From the human T2T-CHM13v2.0 reference genome, Homo sapiens, in assembly GCF_009914755.1 (NCBI RefSeq), contig NC_060925.1: 64,000 nucleotides of DNA. One strand, given 5' to 3'. The position numbers and the translations under genes were made by a program. The notes below the pieces were generated by a model, which saw only the letters and a list, made by a program, of their open reading frames with translations, was not told where the DNA came from and searched no databases. This document shows, in pieces, positions 1 to 17,146 of the stretch (positions are counted from its first letter, which is position 1; each line of letters opens with the position of its first letter).

Positions 1-1201
1 TGTTGTTCCATTTTAGAGCACAGGCAGAGAAGATTTAACATAATTCTCAAGGGCCCTAGGATTTTCAGAACGATCAGTGAGCATTGGCTTCTACTTAAAG
101 TTATAAGCTACATTAGCCCCTAACAAGAGATCCAGCCTATCTTTTGAAGCTTTCAAACCATGCATTGACTTCTCCTCTATAGTTATGGAAGTCCTAGATA
201 GCATCTTCTTCTAATAGAAGGCTGTTTTGTCTCCATTGAAAATCTATTGTTTAGTGCAGCTACCTTCATCAATGATCCTAGTTAGATCTTCTGGATAACT
301 TGCAGCAGTTTCTATATCAACACTTGCTGCCTCTTTTTGCACCTTTATGATATTAAGACAGCTTATTTCCTTAACCTCATGAACCAACCTCTGCTGGCTT
401 CTAACTTTTCTTCTGCAGCTTCCTCACCTCTCTCAGACTTCACAGAATTGAAGAGAGCTAGGGGCTTGTTCTGTATTTGCCTTTGGCTTAAGGGAACATT
501 ATGGCTTTTTTGATTTTCTATATAGACCACTCAAACTTTCTTCATATCAGCAATAGGGCTGTTTTGCTTTCTTATCATTCATGTGTTCACTGGAGTTGTG
601 CTTTTAATTTCCTTCAAGAACTTTTCCTTTGCATTCACAACTTGGCTCTTTGGCCCAAGAGGCCTAGCTTTTGGTTTATTGTGGCTTTCAACATGCCTTC
701 CTTACTAAGCTTAATCGTTCTATCTTTTGATTTAAAGTGAAAGACATGTTACTCTTCCTTTCACTTGAACACCTAGAGGCAATTGTGGTGTTATTAATTG
801 GCCTAATGTCAGTACTGTTGTTTTTAGGGAATAGGGAGGACTGAGGCGAGGGGAGAGAGAAAGGGGGGTGGCCAGTGGGCGGAGTGGTCGCAACACACAC
901 GTTTATTGATTGAGTTCACCATCTTATATAAGTACAGTTTGTGGTGTCCCAAACCAATTATAGTAATAACATCAAAGATCACTGATCAAAGATCACCATA
1001 ACAGATGTACTAATAATTAAAAAGTTTGAAACATTGTGAGAATTACCAAAATGTTACACAGAGGCACAAAGTGAGCACACGATGTTGAAAAATGGCACCG
1101 ATAGACTTGTTTGGTGCGGTTGCCACAAATCTTCAATCTGTAAAAAACACAATGTCCGTAAAACGCAATAAAGCAGAGAGCAATAAAATGAGGTTTGCCC
1201 A
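1..1201 (-). mobile_element. Tigger1 DNA transposon, 5' part (runs off window start), dead transposase
   Basis: Reverse complement of 1160-1201 matches the Tigger1 terminus (CAGGCATACCTCGTTTTATTGC-like). ORF 688..900(-) contains IASRCSSERKSNMSFTLNQK, matching the transposase N-terminus MASKCSSERKS..LTLNQK with the ATG mutated. Confidence 0.92.
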
Positions 1202-2624
1202 TCATTCACCTTATTTGATTTATCCTATGGTACAAGCAGACAGGTTTGATTACAGAAGCAGTTCAGAAAGTTTGTGTAATTTGTTCAAGATTCCGACCGC
1301 TGATACATGGGACAGCCAAGACCAGAATTCAATTCTTCTAACTCCCAAGTGCAGTACTGTGTTGCTTTGGAGTCTGAAACCCTATAAGGTTCACACTTTT
1401 CTCAGCCCAGTCTGGCCCTCCCCTGGAATGCCTGTCTGGGGTCTTCCAGCCTCACCTAGGGATCCTGTGGAATGGTCAGTGGAGTACAGGGAAAGGAGTC
1501 TAATGTTGTGTTATTATCCTGGCTCTGCAGTCCCAAATTGCTCCGGAAACTTGTTACGGGTTTTAGTTTTGTCATCTGCAAAATGAAGCAGGTATTATGC
1601 ACCCACTCCATCCTACAGGGGGCATTGAAGGCTCCAGGGCAGGAGTGTGCAAATCCTTCGAGGAGGTCCCTGTGCTGTTCCTGTAGGTGAGAGAGGCTTC
1701 CCATTTTCTGTTATTTCAACTCATCTGCCCTTAACAGTGGATGCTCTCCTCAGCCCCAAGCCAGAGGGAGGAGGCTGTGCCAGTCTGTGGGATCTGGGCT
1801 ACTGCTCACTTGGGAGCCCTTTTGGCCAGACTGTTTTCGTTGACTGTCCCAGGCAGCCTGCCTAGGGGCCTGTTTTGCTGGAAGAATGAGCAGTAGGGGG
1901 AAGAGCAGCTCCACAGGTGAGCAACAGAGACAGCTAGCTCAGAGCCTTTAAAATGAAAGCGTTCTCTTGAGAGTGTGCAAAGATCTGATTTGTGATAGAT
2001 CAAAGTCAGGAAATGCATCACTCCTCCAGAATCAAAGGCTCCTTGCTCTCAGGAACAGACAGCAAAGATTCCTCTTGCAAGAAGAGCTAAGCATAACAAT
2101 AGAGAGTGGCTGCCACCCTCCCCCAGGCCGGGATAGGGGCCTGGCTGTGTTGACAAACATCTGCACCTGGGCTGCACCTGCCAGGCAAGGACTGACCTGG
2201 AAGCTGCGAAGTGCACCTGCTCTTCTGATTTCCTGTTGTTCATCGGTGGTGGGGACGGGTTCCACTGAACCTTGAATATCCCTCCTTTCTCCATTTGGGG
2301 ATTGGCTGAGGATGTGGCAGGGCTGGTCAGCCTCCAGTTCCAGCACTTCTACTCATTTCCTCTGTGACCTTGGGAAAGACCCTAGCTCAATTAGGTTTCC
2401 TCAACAGTCTTGTGGCTTCAGATCTTCTGTTTTATTCCCTCTCAGGGGTTTGGTGAGGGGTTCCATCCTGAGCTTCAGTCAGGACAATGGGTGGGGGATT
2501 TGCTCTGTGATCAGGAAGGAGCCATTCATGTGGCTTTGACCAGAAAGCACAGAAAAGAAGGGAGAACACCCAAGCCTTCCACAGCACTCGGTTCCAACCA
2601 GACTTTTTTATTCATCAGTGAAGT

Positions 2625-3470
<846 letters not shown>

Positions 3471-3499
3471 AAATTGAGGCTAGCAAGAGTGATGGTCCT

Positions 3500-4510
3500 T
3501 GGCTCTCCACCCCAACCCTACCCACACAGGTCACTTTAGCCACATTCATTCTTACTTCTACTATCCAAGGATAGGTTGTTCCTTCTCTTCCTCAAAGCTT
3601 CCAGGATGCTCTGGACTGTACTCTATCCCATATCTCCAAAACCTTGTCCCACTGGTTGTATTCAACCTCTTGCCCGCCTGGTGAGCCTTCCTTTCGGCCT
3701 GGGAACATACTCAACACATCCTCTCCTATAAATGAAGCAAACTGAAACTCTTCTCCACACCCATATTTGGCCACAACCTGATCTCTTTTCTCCCTTTCTC
3801 ATCCACTCTTGAAAGCCTTGTCCATATTCTGGGCCTCCATTTCTGTATTTCACATTTTCAAACACATTTCAATCTGATTCCAGCCTTCACTGCTCTACTG
3901 AAACTTCTCTTGAAAAAATCACTGGAAAATCTTAATTGCCAAGTTCAAATCTTTACCATAGAGGACCTGTTTGCTGAAAGTGAGACAGTGAAAATGCCAT
4001 TCTACTTCAGATGTTAGATTATCTTAGCCTCTGTGATTCCATGCACCTTTGGCCTTCCTGCTATGTCTCTTATTACCCCTTTATCTCCTCTGTGGGGACC
4101 TCTTCTATGCACTCATAAAATTCATCATTCTAGAGTTTTACTCTACACTCTTTTATCATCTAGCCTTATCCACTCTGAGTGTTTCAACTCCCACATATAA
4201 ACTAATAATTTTCAAATCATTATTTTCGGTCCAGAGCTTTCCCCTGAGCTTCACACTTGCATAACCAACAGTGGGCTAGATGTTTTTACCTGGATGGACC
4301 ATTCAGCATATCCAATACTAAACTCGTCATCTCATCCCTGTACGTTTTCTTCACCATTTCCAATCTCAGTTGCTGGCATTTCCATCCATCTCAGGTTCCC
4401 ATCAGGCCAGAAACCTGAGAAACATCTCCCTCCACCCAAGTGCCTCCAGTTGTACCTTATAAGAAAAATTATCAAAATCTGTCCCATCTTCACTATCTTT
4501 CCTACCCCAA
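3500..4510 (+). mobile_element. Degraded L2 LINE fragment
   Basis: L2 RT-region-like text (TTCAATCTGATTCCAGCC..CTACTGAAACT..TTGCCAAGTTCAA) with C/T-rich L2 character. Confidence 0.6.
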
Positions 4511-5308
4511 ACTCTGGGAAAAGAGATAGAGTTCTACATGGGAGGGCTTTTGAGGCTCCACGCTAAGAATATGTCATAGACCTGAAGCTACTAAGACCGA
4601 AGTTTCCATGTGACTCTGATTTAGAGCCTCTGAGCAGGGTGGACAGCAACTGGGATTCATACAGATCCATAAACATGGATCAGCAGCTCAGTGAGATGTC
4701 CCACACTATTATTCCCAATGGAAACAATTTCTTCTACTTCCCAGCTGTCAGGAGATAAGCTGGAATAAGTCAGGAGTAGTTAAGTTGTCTCTGGATAACA
4801 CACAATCAGATATTCTAAAAGACAGTGGATTCAATTGCTTCTCCAAGGAACTGCCTAGACTTTCACTGTTGGTAAACCTAATCAGGGCTGAAGAGAAAAA
4901 AGAGGTGAATTTGTCAGCCAGATGTACAGAACTCAGGTTAGAGATACTGCAGTGGACGTTAGCAGCTGGAAGTGATGATGGTTTCACTCCACAACTTGAA
5001 GACACATCCCTGACAGGTGTGATCCCAGAGCATGAAATAAGTGTTCCCTGATCAAGGTCAGGAACTCCTACAAGCACTATCTATAGAAATTCTGAGGCCA
5101 CAGTGCCTATCCCAAGACCAGATATAGGGCCTCAAAGAGAGAGAAGTAATTTTTAGTACTAAGGGAAATTTTCTGCCTGTATTATGTGGTTTCAGAATGT
5201 CCTGGAAAACCTTCTCCCTCTTAAGCCTATAGCTCCATTAGAATAGCCCTCTACCATTTAGTGTGAATTGGGTTTGTTTTTTTCCTTTCTTCAATCTTAT
5301 CCCTTTCT

Positions 5309-7033
<1,725 letters not shown>

Positions 7034-7098
7034 TCTTACCCCTTTCTAAGGTATCCTGCATACTGCTCTTAGAGTGGTCTTTCTAAATTATATGTCTA

Positions 7099-7397
<299 letters not shown>

Positions 7398-7399
7398 AA

Positions 7400-7905
7400 G
7401 TATACATCTAATATCATATTCTTCTCTAAGGCCTTTCACTGATTTCCTTTACCTTTCAGATAAAGTTCTAACTCAGCTAAACCTATTACATCCTTTGTGA
7501 TCTGACTTCTACCTTCCCCTGTAGCTTGCTTTCCACTTCCCTTCCTCTGGAATTCTTACTCCAGCTATATTGAAACACATGCAGTTCCCTGAGAAGAACA
7601 TGCATGTCTGGGTTTCGATACCTTTACACGTGTTGTTCTCTCTTGCTGTAACAAATTTCTTCTTGCTAATGTCAAAAATCAGCTTTGGTATCTCTCTTTA
7701 CTCTCTCAGCTGGCAAGCTCTGTGTCCCCAAAACACCAAGGCCCCTTCTCTTCACACCTGTCACATGCTGCTCTAACTGTGGCTTATCATTCTGTCTCCC
7801 AGCTAGTAGAGCCCTTGGGGTCCTTTAAAGGCTCCTAGTCATGCATCTTTGTGTCCCAATGCTTAGGAGAGTATCTGTCATATAGGAGATGCTCAACAAA
7901 TGTCT
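7400..7905 (+). mobile_element. L2 3' end relic
   Basis: Ends with L2 tail-like TAGGAGATGCTCAACAAATGT. Confidence 0.55.
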
Positions 7906-9228
7906 CACAGCAAGCTTTGTCTGAGGAATGGAGAAAAAAGAAAGAAACTGCATACGTGGGAGGAGAAGTCCCGTGTCAGACGGAAGGAGAGGATGTCTTC
8001 TGAGAATGTTTTGCTTTATAGTTGAGTTGGGAGTTGAACTCTAATTCAGCAATGGACAGATGACTATATACTCCCCGGCCCCATTGGCTTCAGGTACCCT
8101 CAGTCAGCTGTTCACATTGCACCAAGTTACCTCTTCATTGCCCAGCCTTCCATTTCACTTTGCACTTTTGAATGAGGGCAACAAATTTGACCCTGTGGAG
8201 CTACGTTTAAAAGTGGAACTAAAAATGGGGGCATGCCCCTTCTCCAACCAGACTTCTTTTCTGTATACCCCATCCTACCTCCTTGTATACCTGCTCACTT
8301 CTCTGTGATCAAGTTTTAAAATGCATCAATAAAATGTCCCCCAACCTAAGTTGATTCTTCTGCTGATACACAGTGGCAGCTTTTAAATACAGGAGGCTCC
8401 AGTTGTCACTTTCAATCATAGGCTCTGCTGAGGGAGACTTAGGACTTAATCATCTTAAGAAAACAAACAGAGGCCCTCTGCTGAGGAGCAGCATGCTGAC
8501 AGATAGATAGATAGGAGAGAGGACAGAAATTGGCATGCCCAGGATCCTTCCTGTGATCCATACGATGCAGTTCCAGCACTTACAGACCAGGTCCCAGAGA
8601 ATGAAAATGACAACTCGACATGCCCCTTATCCTTTCCAATTAGCATCTAGTTCATGTTCTTTCTCTCTTGCCTTCTCCATCCCTAAGAGCATCTGGCCCT
8701 TTTAAAGGAACAAGGTCTCTTGTTATTCCCCATTCAACTCTCACTCCTCACCTGAACTGGTACCAGACCATCAAAACTTAGAATGTGACAGCTGAAAAGA
8801 TCTAGTCCACAAGAGGTCTAGTCTAGTATCATCATTTTACAAGTGTGGAAGAGAGTTCAGCTCGGGAGATCCATTTATAAATGGTCAGATAGACTAGAGT
8901 TGAACCCAGATCTGCCAATTACCAGCCCAGTTCTCTTCAGCTTCTCAAATGGCTACATATTAGCATCATCTGGGGATCTTAAGAAGAAGAATAAAAGTAA
9001 AATTAAAACACTTGTGCCCAGACCCCAGGCATCAGTAGATTTTAGGAACTCCCCATGTGGCATTAATGTAAACCCGGAGTTCAGAAAAACTGAATGCACC
9101 CAATTTCTTTCCAGACTCTGTTCAGATTCACTGGGCATTGTATGTGGGGGGAGATGTAATTAGGGAGAAGAATGCTGGGTTGTTGTATATTGAGAAGCAG
9201 AAATGAACTCTGTAAGATCTTTTGGCCA

Positions 9229-9561
<333 letters not shown>

Positions 9562-10849
9562 TTAATTCCCTCTGAAGGAGTTTCTTGTTTCGTTTAAACC
9601 GGCACAGGGCTATCAACCATTTTTTGCTGGGCATGGAACTTGGTATTAGGTGTTATTAATTTGGTGTTATTAATTGTGAAGACACAGACAAAAGGACACT
9701 GGCCCTTGATTTCTGAAACAATAGATCACATAGGAAACCCTTGCAAAATAACTTAACATCTTTACAAGGAAACATGTGTTCAGAAGCTTGCAGACACACT
9801 AGCCCCTGCATTAAGAACACAGCTGGCCCAAGGGCCATGAATTATTGGCTTCTTAAGCCCAAGGTGTCATTCAGGGTCCTGCTCACAGTAGGCACTCCAT
9901 AAATGCTTGATGTCTGGGCTGAAACTCTGAGCCTGAAGCTGAGGAAGGAACTGGCAATAAAAATGATCTAATAGAACAGTTAGGAACTGTTGTGAATTAG
10001 CCCATCTGTAAGGTCAGAGGCTCCCCAGAGGGCAGCTAGGCATGTGCCCCAAAGCAAACTTCCCACACCTGGCTGATCATAAGCCTCAGCTGGGGATTTT
10101 CAAAATCCCATATAGATTTTTGGTCTGACCCAGACATACGGAGTCAGGGTTCCCAAGGGTGCTACCTGGAAGTCTGCATTATTTTATAAGTGTCTTGGGC
10201 ATTTCTAATCATCAGTGAGGTTTGATAATTTCTGCTTGAGGAAACTTTAAGCCTGAACTTGAGTCACTACACAGTGAAGTGATTTAATCTTTACTTGGGA
10301 GTCACGCTGACTAAACTAACGAATTTCTGGCATGATGTGAAAACTTGCTGGCTGTTCCTCCTTAGCAAGTTGTCCTACCTCTCTGAGCCCATTTTGTCAC
10401 CTGTAAATCTGCAAAGGGTGGCTCTAATGTGGGTAAAACACTAGCACAATTCCTGGCAGAAAGTAAGCGCTCAGTAATTGAAAGCTGTTGCTATTTGAAC
10501 ATTCCTTCCATGTTGGAGAATGGGTCTCAGTAGCCTGAGGTCTAGGGACTTGGAAGGTGGGTCCTTCCCTCTCTGGCCCTGGTCAGTTCAAGACAGATAA
10601 CTGAATACCAGGGGAAGGAAGTGAGAACTTGCATTTTATAAAGTGTCTTCCAGTATAAAACGAGCCAGGTAAAGTGCTGCAGTCTTTGCCCTCTTAGCAC
10701 TTGTTGGCAATGTGATCTGGCAAGACCTTGAACTTCTGGGTTTCAACATCCTTTTACAAAATGGGGATAATAATGCCCTATGTCCTTCCATACTCACAGA
10801 ATCCAGGAAGATTAAAAACACACCAAACCACAGTTCTACCTTGTTTAAA

Positions 10850-11050
10850 CAGATAGTTATTGAATGCTTGTGACAGTCAGGCTGCGTGCTAAGTGGTGTA
10901 TGTGCATTATTTCATGCATGCCATGGCATTATCAGTAGGTTCCAAGTTGTACCCATTTTATAGTTAGGAAAGCAAGGCTTAGAGAAGACAAGTAACTCAA
11001 AGTTACTGATAGGAGGTGAAGCTGGCATTCAAACCCAGGCCATTCAGACT
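10850..11050 (-). mobile_element. MIR
   Basis: CCCATTTTATAG..AGGAAAGCAAGGCTTAGAGA..GGCATTCAAACCCAGG core. Confidence 0.7.
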
Positions 11051-13017
11051 AGACAGATAGCCATAACCTCTATAGTCCTCATGTCATCACAACTCACCAG
11101 AGTTCCAGACCCCATCATGTTCCTTCTCAAATTAAATCCACCCATTGGCCAGGAATGCTAAATATCATTTTCTTCCATGTCCAATTCAGGCTTGAATCCA
11201 AGGCCTTAGCTTTTCTACTATCCTACTGCTTTCTCCCATGGCAAGACTTAAAACCTAAAAGCAGCATGTTAAAGAGAGCTTGCTACATAGGACTGTACTT
11301 TAAGGAATTCTCATGAAATCAACTTTATGAATTTAGCTTTGTACATTCATTAAAAAATAACACAGCCAGCTGTTTTGATCTGCTAGAGTGCTTAGTTGTA
11401 GATATGCCTCTATTTAGGAAAACTTGGCATGTAAGACTCCATAGTGACAAAACAGATATATTTAAGGGTGAATAATTACACATTATAGAAAGATTTGCTT
11501 TAATTTTTTTTAAGTGTTCTCGAAATTTGTTTCTCTTTTATTAAATATTTGTCAAAGAGACTGGAGTGGAAAGAGGGAGGCAGAAAAATTTCACGTTAAA
11601 GAAGGAACGATCCAGAATGTCTCTAAATGATAATGAGAGTCGCTGGAAACAGGGGATCATGTTTACCCAAAGAAATTGTGTTATCTACAACTTTTCGGGA
11701 ACACGAGTATTGCACAAAGAGAAGTACCCCTGAAGCTTCTTGATGTTGAATCGGAGGTTACAACGCAGACTCAAAGGGCTGGATTTGTGCCTGTTACGTG
11801 AAAAACAGCACGAGATGTGAATCAGTCGATATCCCTCTAGTGCTGAAAGCTGCCTTCTGAGTCCCAGCCCGGCTCTCCTGGTCCAGAGATCTGTTTCACA
11901 GGAACCTGAAAACCTGCCAAATCCATCACCCATGATGAGCAGGTGAGCTGAGGGGCCCCTGATTTATGTCAAACCATCCTAGGGGCAGAACTGCCTTGCA
12001 AAAGGACTGTCAGAACTGATCAATGAATAAATGAAGTCACTGACCAGGGGACAGCTCACTCTCTTCATTTTTAAGGATTTTGCAATGAGAAAATCACTAA
12101 GATCCATGTTAGGACATGATAATATTATCCTAAAGCGCCTTTTTTATACTATTCTTGGGGCTCGGGAGGGGGAAGGAGGGAAGGATGTAAGGCAAGAGAT
12201 TTTGGACTGAATATATCTTCCAAGGTGAGTATATGGAGTGTATACTGAGTAAGGCAGGTTTGAGATGCTGCTCAGGGACTTTTTGAAGTTGTGAGGCCCT
12301 GATCTGCATGGGAAAAAACCAGACATGTTGCACAGACACTCATTTGTCAACTTCCTCTGTGACTGGGCTCAAAATGGCTGTGTAAATAACTCAGCCAGGG
12401 AGGATGGCAGAGCAAAGCGCTGGCAGTTATTGTGCTATGAAATATGCATTAATTGCATTAAACATTCAGTCTGAAACTCAGCGGTGAGGCCCTTTTTGTC
12501 AGTTTTTATAGTGCACAGACAGACAGACCAGGATGTGGATGGCAATGGCCTTCTGTGTAGACTCTGACGCTGTAACACCCTGAGCTGCTCCTCTGATGTT
12601 CCAGGCGTGGCCTGTGGCTTCCCGCTCAGTAGCATGGTGCTAATGAGGCCAGGGTCACTAGCTCTCACTCCCTAGGAGCCCCCACCTCTGCTCTGTTCCC
12701 CAGACACCGCCAACCATGTCTTGAATCTCAGCCAGTTATCACTCGCACATGTCGCTGGTCACAGTGGGGCTGGGTGTGAAGATGGAGGGCTCAGTAGAGT
12801 CTGTCTCCATAGGTAGAAAACAGCCTTTCCTCTAACAAGGCAGTTCTCACTTGGATTTGATTATTGCATTTGAAAACCCAAGGTGTGCTTTATAAGGGGA
12901 AGAAACCATGTCAAGGGATAAGAGCCAAATGTGTAAGGATGCCTTTGAAGGGAGATAATGGAGAGAGAGAGAGACAGGAGGGAGGGAGAGAGAAGGTGTT
13001 AAATATATAGATGTTCT

Positions 13018-13315
<298 letters not shown>

Positions 13316-15744
13316 TAGAATACATGTGTATATGTGCTAGAAGAGTTGAGCATTAAGATTTAGAGTGCCTTTGATCTTTCTGTTTCCACCAAATTCAACA
13401 CAAGAGTCTCACTCTGATATTCAAGGTCCTCTTCAATGAGTCCCAGCCCAACTTTCCTAGGTTTGCTGTCCATGGTTTCCCTGCTCTAAGCCATACTGTG
13501 GCCAAACTGCATGACATGTTTCCTGAAATTGCTTTTCTATTCCTGCCTTTGATTACGCTGTTCCTGCCATAGAGGGACCAGTCATCCTGGTTTGCTGAGG
13601 ACAGTACTGGCTTTAGCACAGAAAGTGGAACGCCTCAGTGAACACTTCAGTGCTAAGCTCTCCAGGTCAGTTGGTCACCTTACTGTTCCCTCTGCTTGCA
13701 GTGGATGGCCTCTCTTTCTGCCTCTGTGCCTGTATAAATCCTTCAAAGTCCATTCTTCTCCGTCCCTCATTTTGTAATTTTTTTCACATTGATTTATCTG
13801 CATCCACAAACTTCTAATAAACATCCTTCATTTATGCTTCTCTCTCTACCCCAGCATTCATTCAACCAACATTCATGGAGAATGCATACGTGTCACGTCT
13901 TCTGCCAGGCACCCTGCCTGCAGGGAACTCACAGTCTATGGAGGGAAATGATAATGCAGTACTTACAATAGAGTGGAATAAATCATTAAAAGGGTTATCC
14001 ACAAATTAAGAGGAAAGTGAAAACTGTCAAAGATAGATCAGAGATTTAGGACTAGAAAAATTGCTGAAAAGTGATGTAAAGTTCTAAAAATTCTGAAAAT
14101 TCCCTGTAGATCTGAGATCTTCATTGTTAATATCTCCTCACTAGCATTATTAATACAGTAACTGGAAATTCTTTTGAGTTCACTCATAATTCTATTTGTG
14201 AAGAAAAAAATCCATGCTTTTTCTTAGTGCAACAACAATATATGGTAATTTTGGAAAATTTAGGATATTATACATGTTTATGGGTGTTTTTGGGTGCATG
14301 CACTATAGCATCACCCAGGATAACCACTGTTCACATTTTGGTATATAATCTTCCAGATTTTATGTGGAAATGAAGATACAGATTTTAAACAAAACGAGAT
14401 TTTACTAGACATACTGTTTTATAACCCAATATTAACAACAGACATCTCCACACACTTGTGTGTGTGAATTACAAACATTTGCCACACCATTTAAAATAAC
14501 TGCATGTACTTTATCACGTGGGTGTTTTTCATTTATTTAACCATTATTGAACAATTAGATCATGTCTCATTTTTTACAATTACAAATAAGACTGCAATAA
14601 ACATCCTTAAAAATACATAAGGTATTTGAAAGTCCTTTGTAAACTGTAAAGTGCTCCAAGCAAGTAAGTTCATCATGCTGATTTCTCTCTGGAATCTCAT
14701 CTGAGTCTGCCTGGGGACTGTCGGGGTCAGGAGTCTCTCTAGTTTGTTTTTGAGCTAGGCTAGGAACTGAATCTCCTCAGTTGCTTCCTGTCATGATTTT
14801 TTGAATGGGCATGCCTCTCCATTTTCCTGAGAAAATGTCCTTGTCAAAATGTATTTGTCTTAAGGATGGACAAACTGCATTTGTCCTAAGGAAGTTAGAG
14901 AGAGGGGGAACACACCTACCAACCCTCTGTTATGAGAAATCCCTATCTTGAGGTCCCCAGGCTAGTACTCTTTTCACAAAATACAGCCTGGAAAAGTACA
15001 TTCCTCCCCCCAGCCTGCCCAGCACCCTCAGCAGGTCCTCATGGACCGAGAAAACTCTGCAGGTATAAACCCAGCAATTTAGCTCGGCTTGGAAGGGCCC
15101 AACAAACTGGTTAGTAAACAAAAGTGATTTTCCTTAATCAGGGCTGGTCACACATGAGAGCCCTAACTGTCCGAGTTCCACCTGCTACTTCCTAATCCTC
15201 CTCATCCCCCTTGCCCCACCCACTAGGGACCTTGGCCCGGCCCGTCCCAACTCCACGTTCCCCACCTGTTGCTGTGATTTCTTTGGTGGTGGGCAGGGGA
15301 AAGAGCCTCCCTGAAACCAAATATTGGCCAGGGGCAGAGCCAGCCTCCCTCCCTCCTCACCCTGGGAAAGCTGGCTCTGCACTGGGAAGTCCTCGCTAAC
15401 TGGAATTACCTGGGGCACCTTTCCAGGCACCACTTTATAGCCATAACAAAGAGCCCTCTTCCCAGCACCATCTAAAGGAAGAAGACCCTGATTTACTGAG
15501 GCCAGCTCAGTTTCAGCCTTGAAGCATGTAGGGTTGCTACATATTAGATTTTGCATGCATTGCCCTGGCTTTTCCTTCCAAGCAGTCCAGTCTGCTTACT
15601 ATTCCCTGTACACACCCTACTTATTCCTGTTTCATGTCTCTGCTGATGCTAGTCCCTTGCCTCAAATACACTCTGATATTTATAAATCTTTTTCACTTAG
15701 CATTTCAAAAGGCCTTTCTGTCTATGATCTCATCCATTTGGATC

Positions 15745-15935
15745 ATATCATGATCCTCACAGCAACCCGGGGAGCTTTTGTTATTACTATTATTTAAATT
15801 ATTATCCCCTGTTACATTTGAGGAACTGAGGCCCAGAGAGGCTCAATGACTTGTTCAAAGTCACATCAGTAGTTACAGAAAGAGCAGGAATTAGAACGAC
15901 TCTGTGTCTTCAGTCCTAGTGTTTCTTCACCACCA
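15745..15935 (-). mobile_element. MIR
   Basis: GAGGAACTGAGGCCCAGAGAGG..TGACTTGTTCAAAGTCACA core. Confidence 0.75.
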
Positions 15936-15999
15936 GTCACTGTGTCCCCATTACCCCTAAAACACCCCACTAGGTGCCTGTGCCCATCTCAACCCCTGT

Positions 16000-16527
16000 A
16001 GTTGTTTTTGCCTGCACCTGTCCAGCATGTCCATCCCTGTTAGGTTACACTACTCCAATTTTCCCTTGAGGAACCGTCCCCATGCCCTCAGGTCATGTGA
16101 TTTTGGTGGACTGACCTCATCGCTTGGCTTTGTGAGTGAAAACATAATCAGAGCTAGCCAATCAGAGCAGTCCAGGGCCCCCTGGCCATACTGATTGGCT
16201 CAGAGAAGAACACGTGACCAGCCAGCACAATGAAGTGCAATTGCAGGTCCTTTTGCTGGAGTTGTCTGGAAAGAGACTCTTTCTGTTGCAATTTCTAAAC
16301 CTGCAGGATGTAGGCATGAAGTTTCTGGGCCACCACATGGAGATGCCTTTCTGCGAATGAAGTTGACAAAGAGTAAAGCAAAGAGGATGCAAGGGAGCTG
16401 AATCCCGAAGATGTTGCTCAATTCATTGGATTCTGCATTGCCTGAAGCCAGTTTGAGCCAGTTCCCGAATGCTGGTTTGAGTTGCATTTCTGTCACTTGC
16501 ATCAAAAAACAGAGCCTTAACTAATTC
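16000..16527 (+). mobile_element. Old ERVL solo LTR (LTR16/LTR33-like)
   Basis: AGCCAATCAGAG, CACGTGACC and terminal TTTCTGTCACTTGCA..AAAA..GAGCCTTAACTAAT typical of this group. 5' boundary uncertain. Confidence 0.6.
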
Positions 16528-16851
16528 ACCCCACCCTCTCCTTTTGGAAATTCTCCTTTTATTTCTTGCTTCTACATCTTCTCCTTGTATGGTCTGCCTA
16601 CCTGTTGCCCTGGATGAAAATGCTGTCAACATTACATGCTTGAGTCTTCTTTCTGCTTTGTTGTAACCAGTTTGAGGACAAGAACTGCGCTAATTCTCTT
16701 CTTCTCTTTTATTTGTGCGGTGGAAGGAGCACAGACTTTGAAATCAGAACACTTATAAGTCCTGCCTCTATCACAAGATGAATGGTCTTGAATGGATAAC
16801 TTTAATTTCTTCTTAAAAATCATTTTAAAAAATCTGTAAGATAAGACTTTA

Positions 16852-17146
16852 GACTGGGCATGGTGGCTCATGCCTGTAATCCCAGCACTTTGGGAGGCTG
16901 AGGCGAGAGGATCACTTGAGGTCAGGAGTTTAAGACCAGCCTAGCCAACATGGTGAAAACCCCTCTCTACTAAAAATACAAAATTAGCCAGGCTTGCTGG
17001 CAGGAGCCTGTAATCCCAGCTACTCAGGAGCCTGAGGCAGGAGAATCACTTGAACCTGGGAAGCAGAGGTTGCCGTGAGCTGAGATTGTGCCACTACACT
17101 GTAGCCTGGCTGAAAAAGTGAGACTCCATTTCAAAAAAAAAAAAAA
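16852..17146 (+). mobile_element. AluS
   Basis: Perfect TSD AAGATAAGACTTTA at 16838-16851 and 17147-17160. Confidence 0.95.

Noticed and set aside
688-900. Possible domesticated Tigger (TIGD-like) transposase
   Set aside because: The ATG is mutated and the frame breaks within ~30 codons.
1092-1586. 164-aa ORF
   Set aside because: It starts in antisense Tigger1 terminus and runs through MIR/unique DNA with no protein-like similarity. Chance ORF.
4748-5077. Overlapping ORFs in unique sequence
   Set aside because: Non-ATG starts, no recognisable domain and no convincing splice context.
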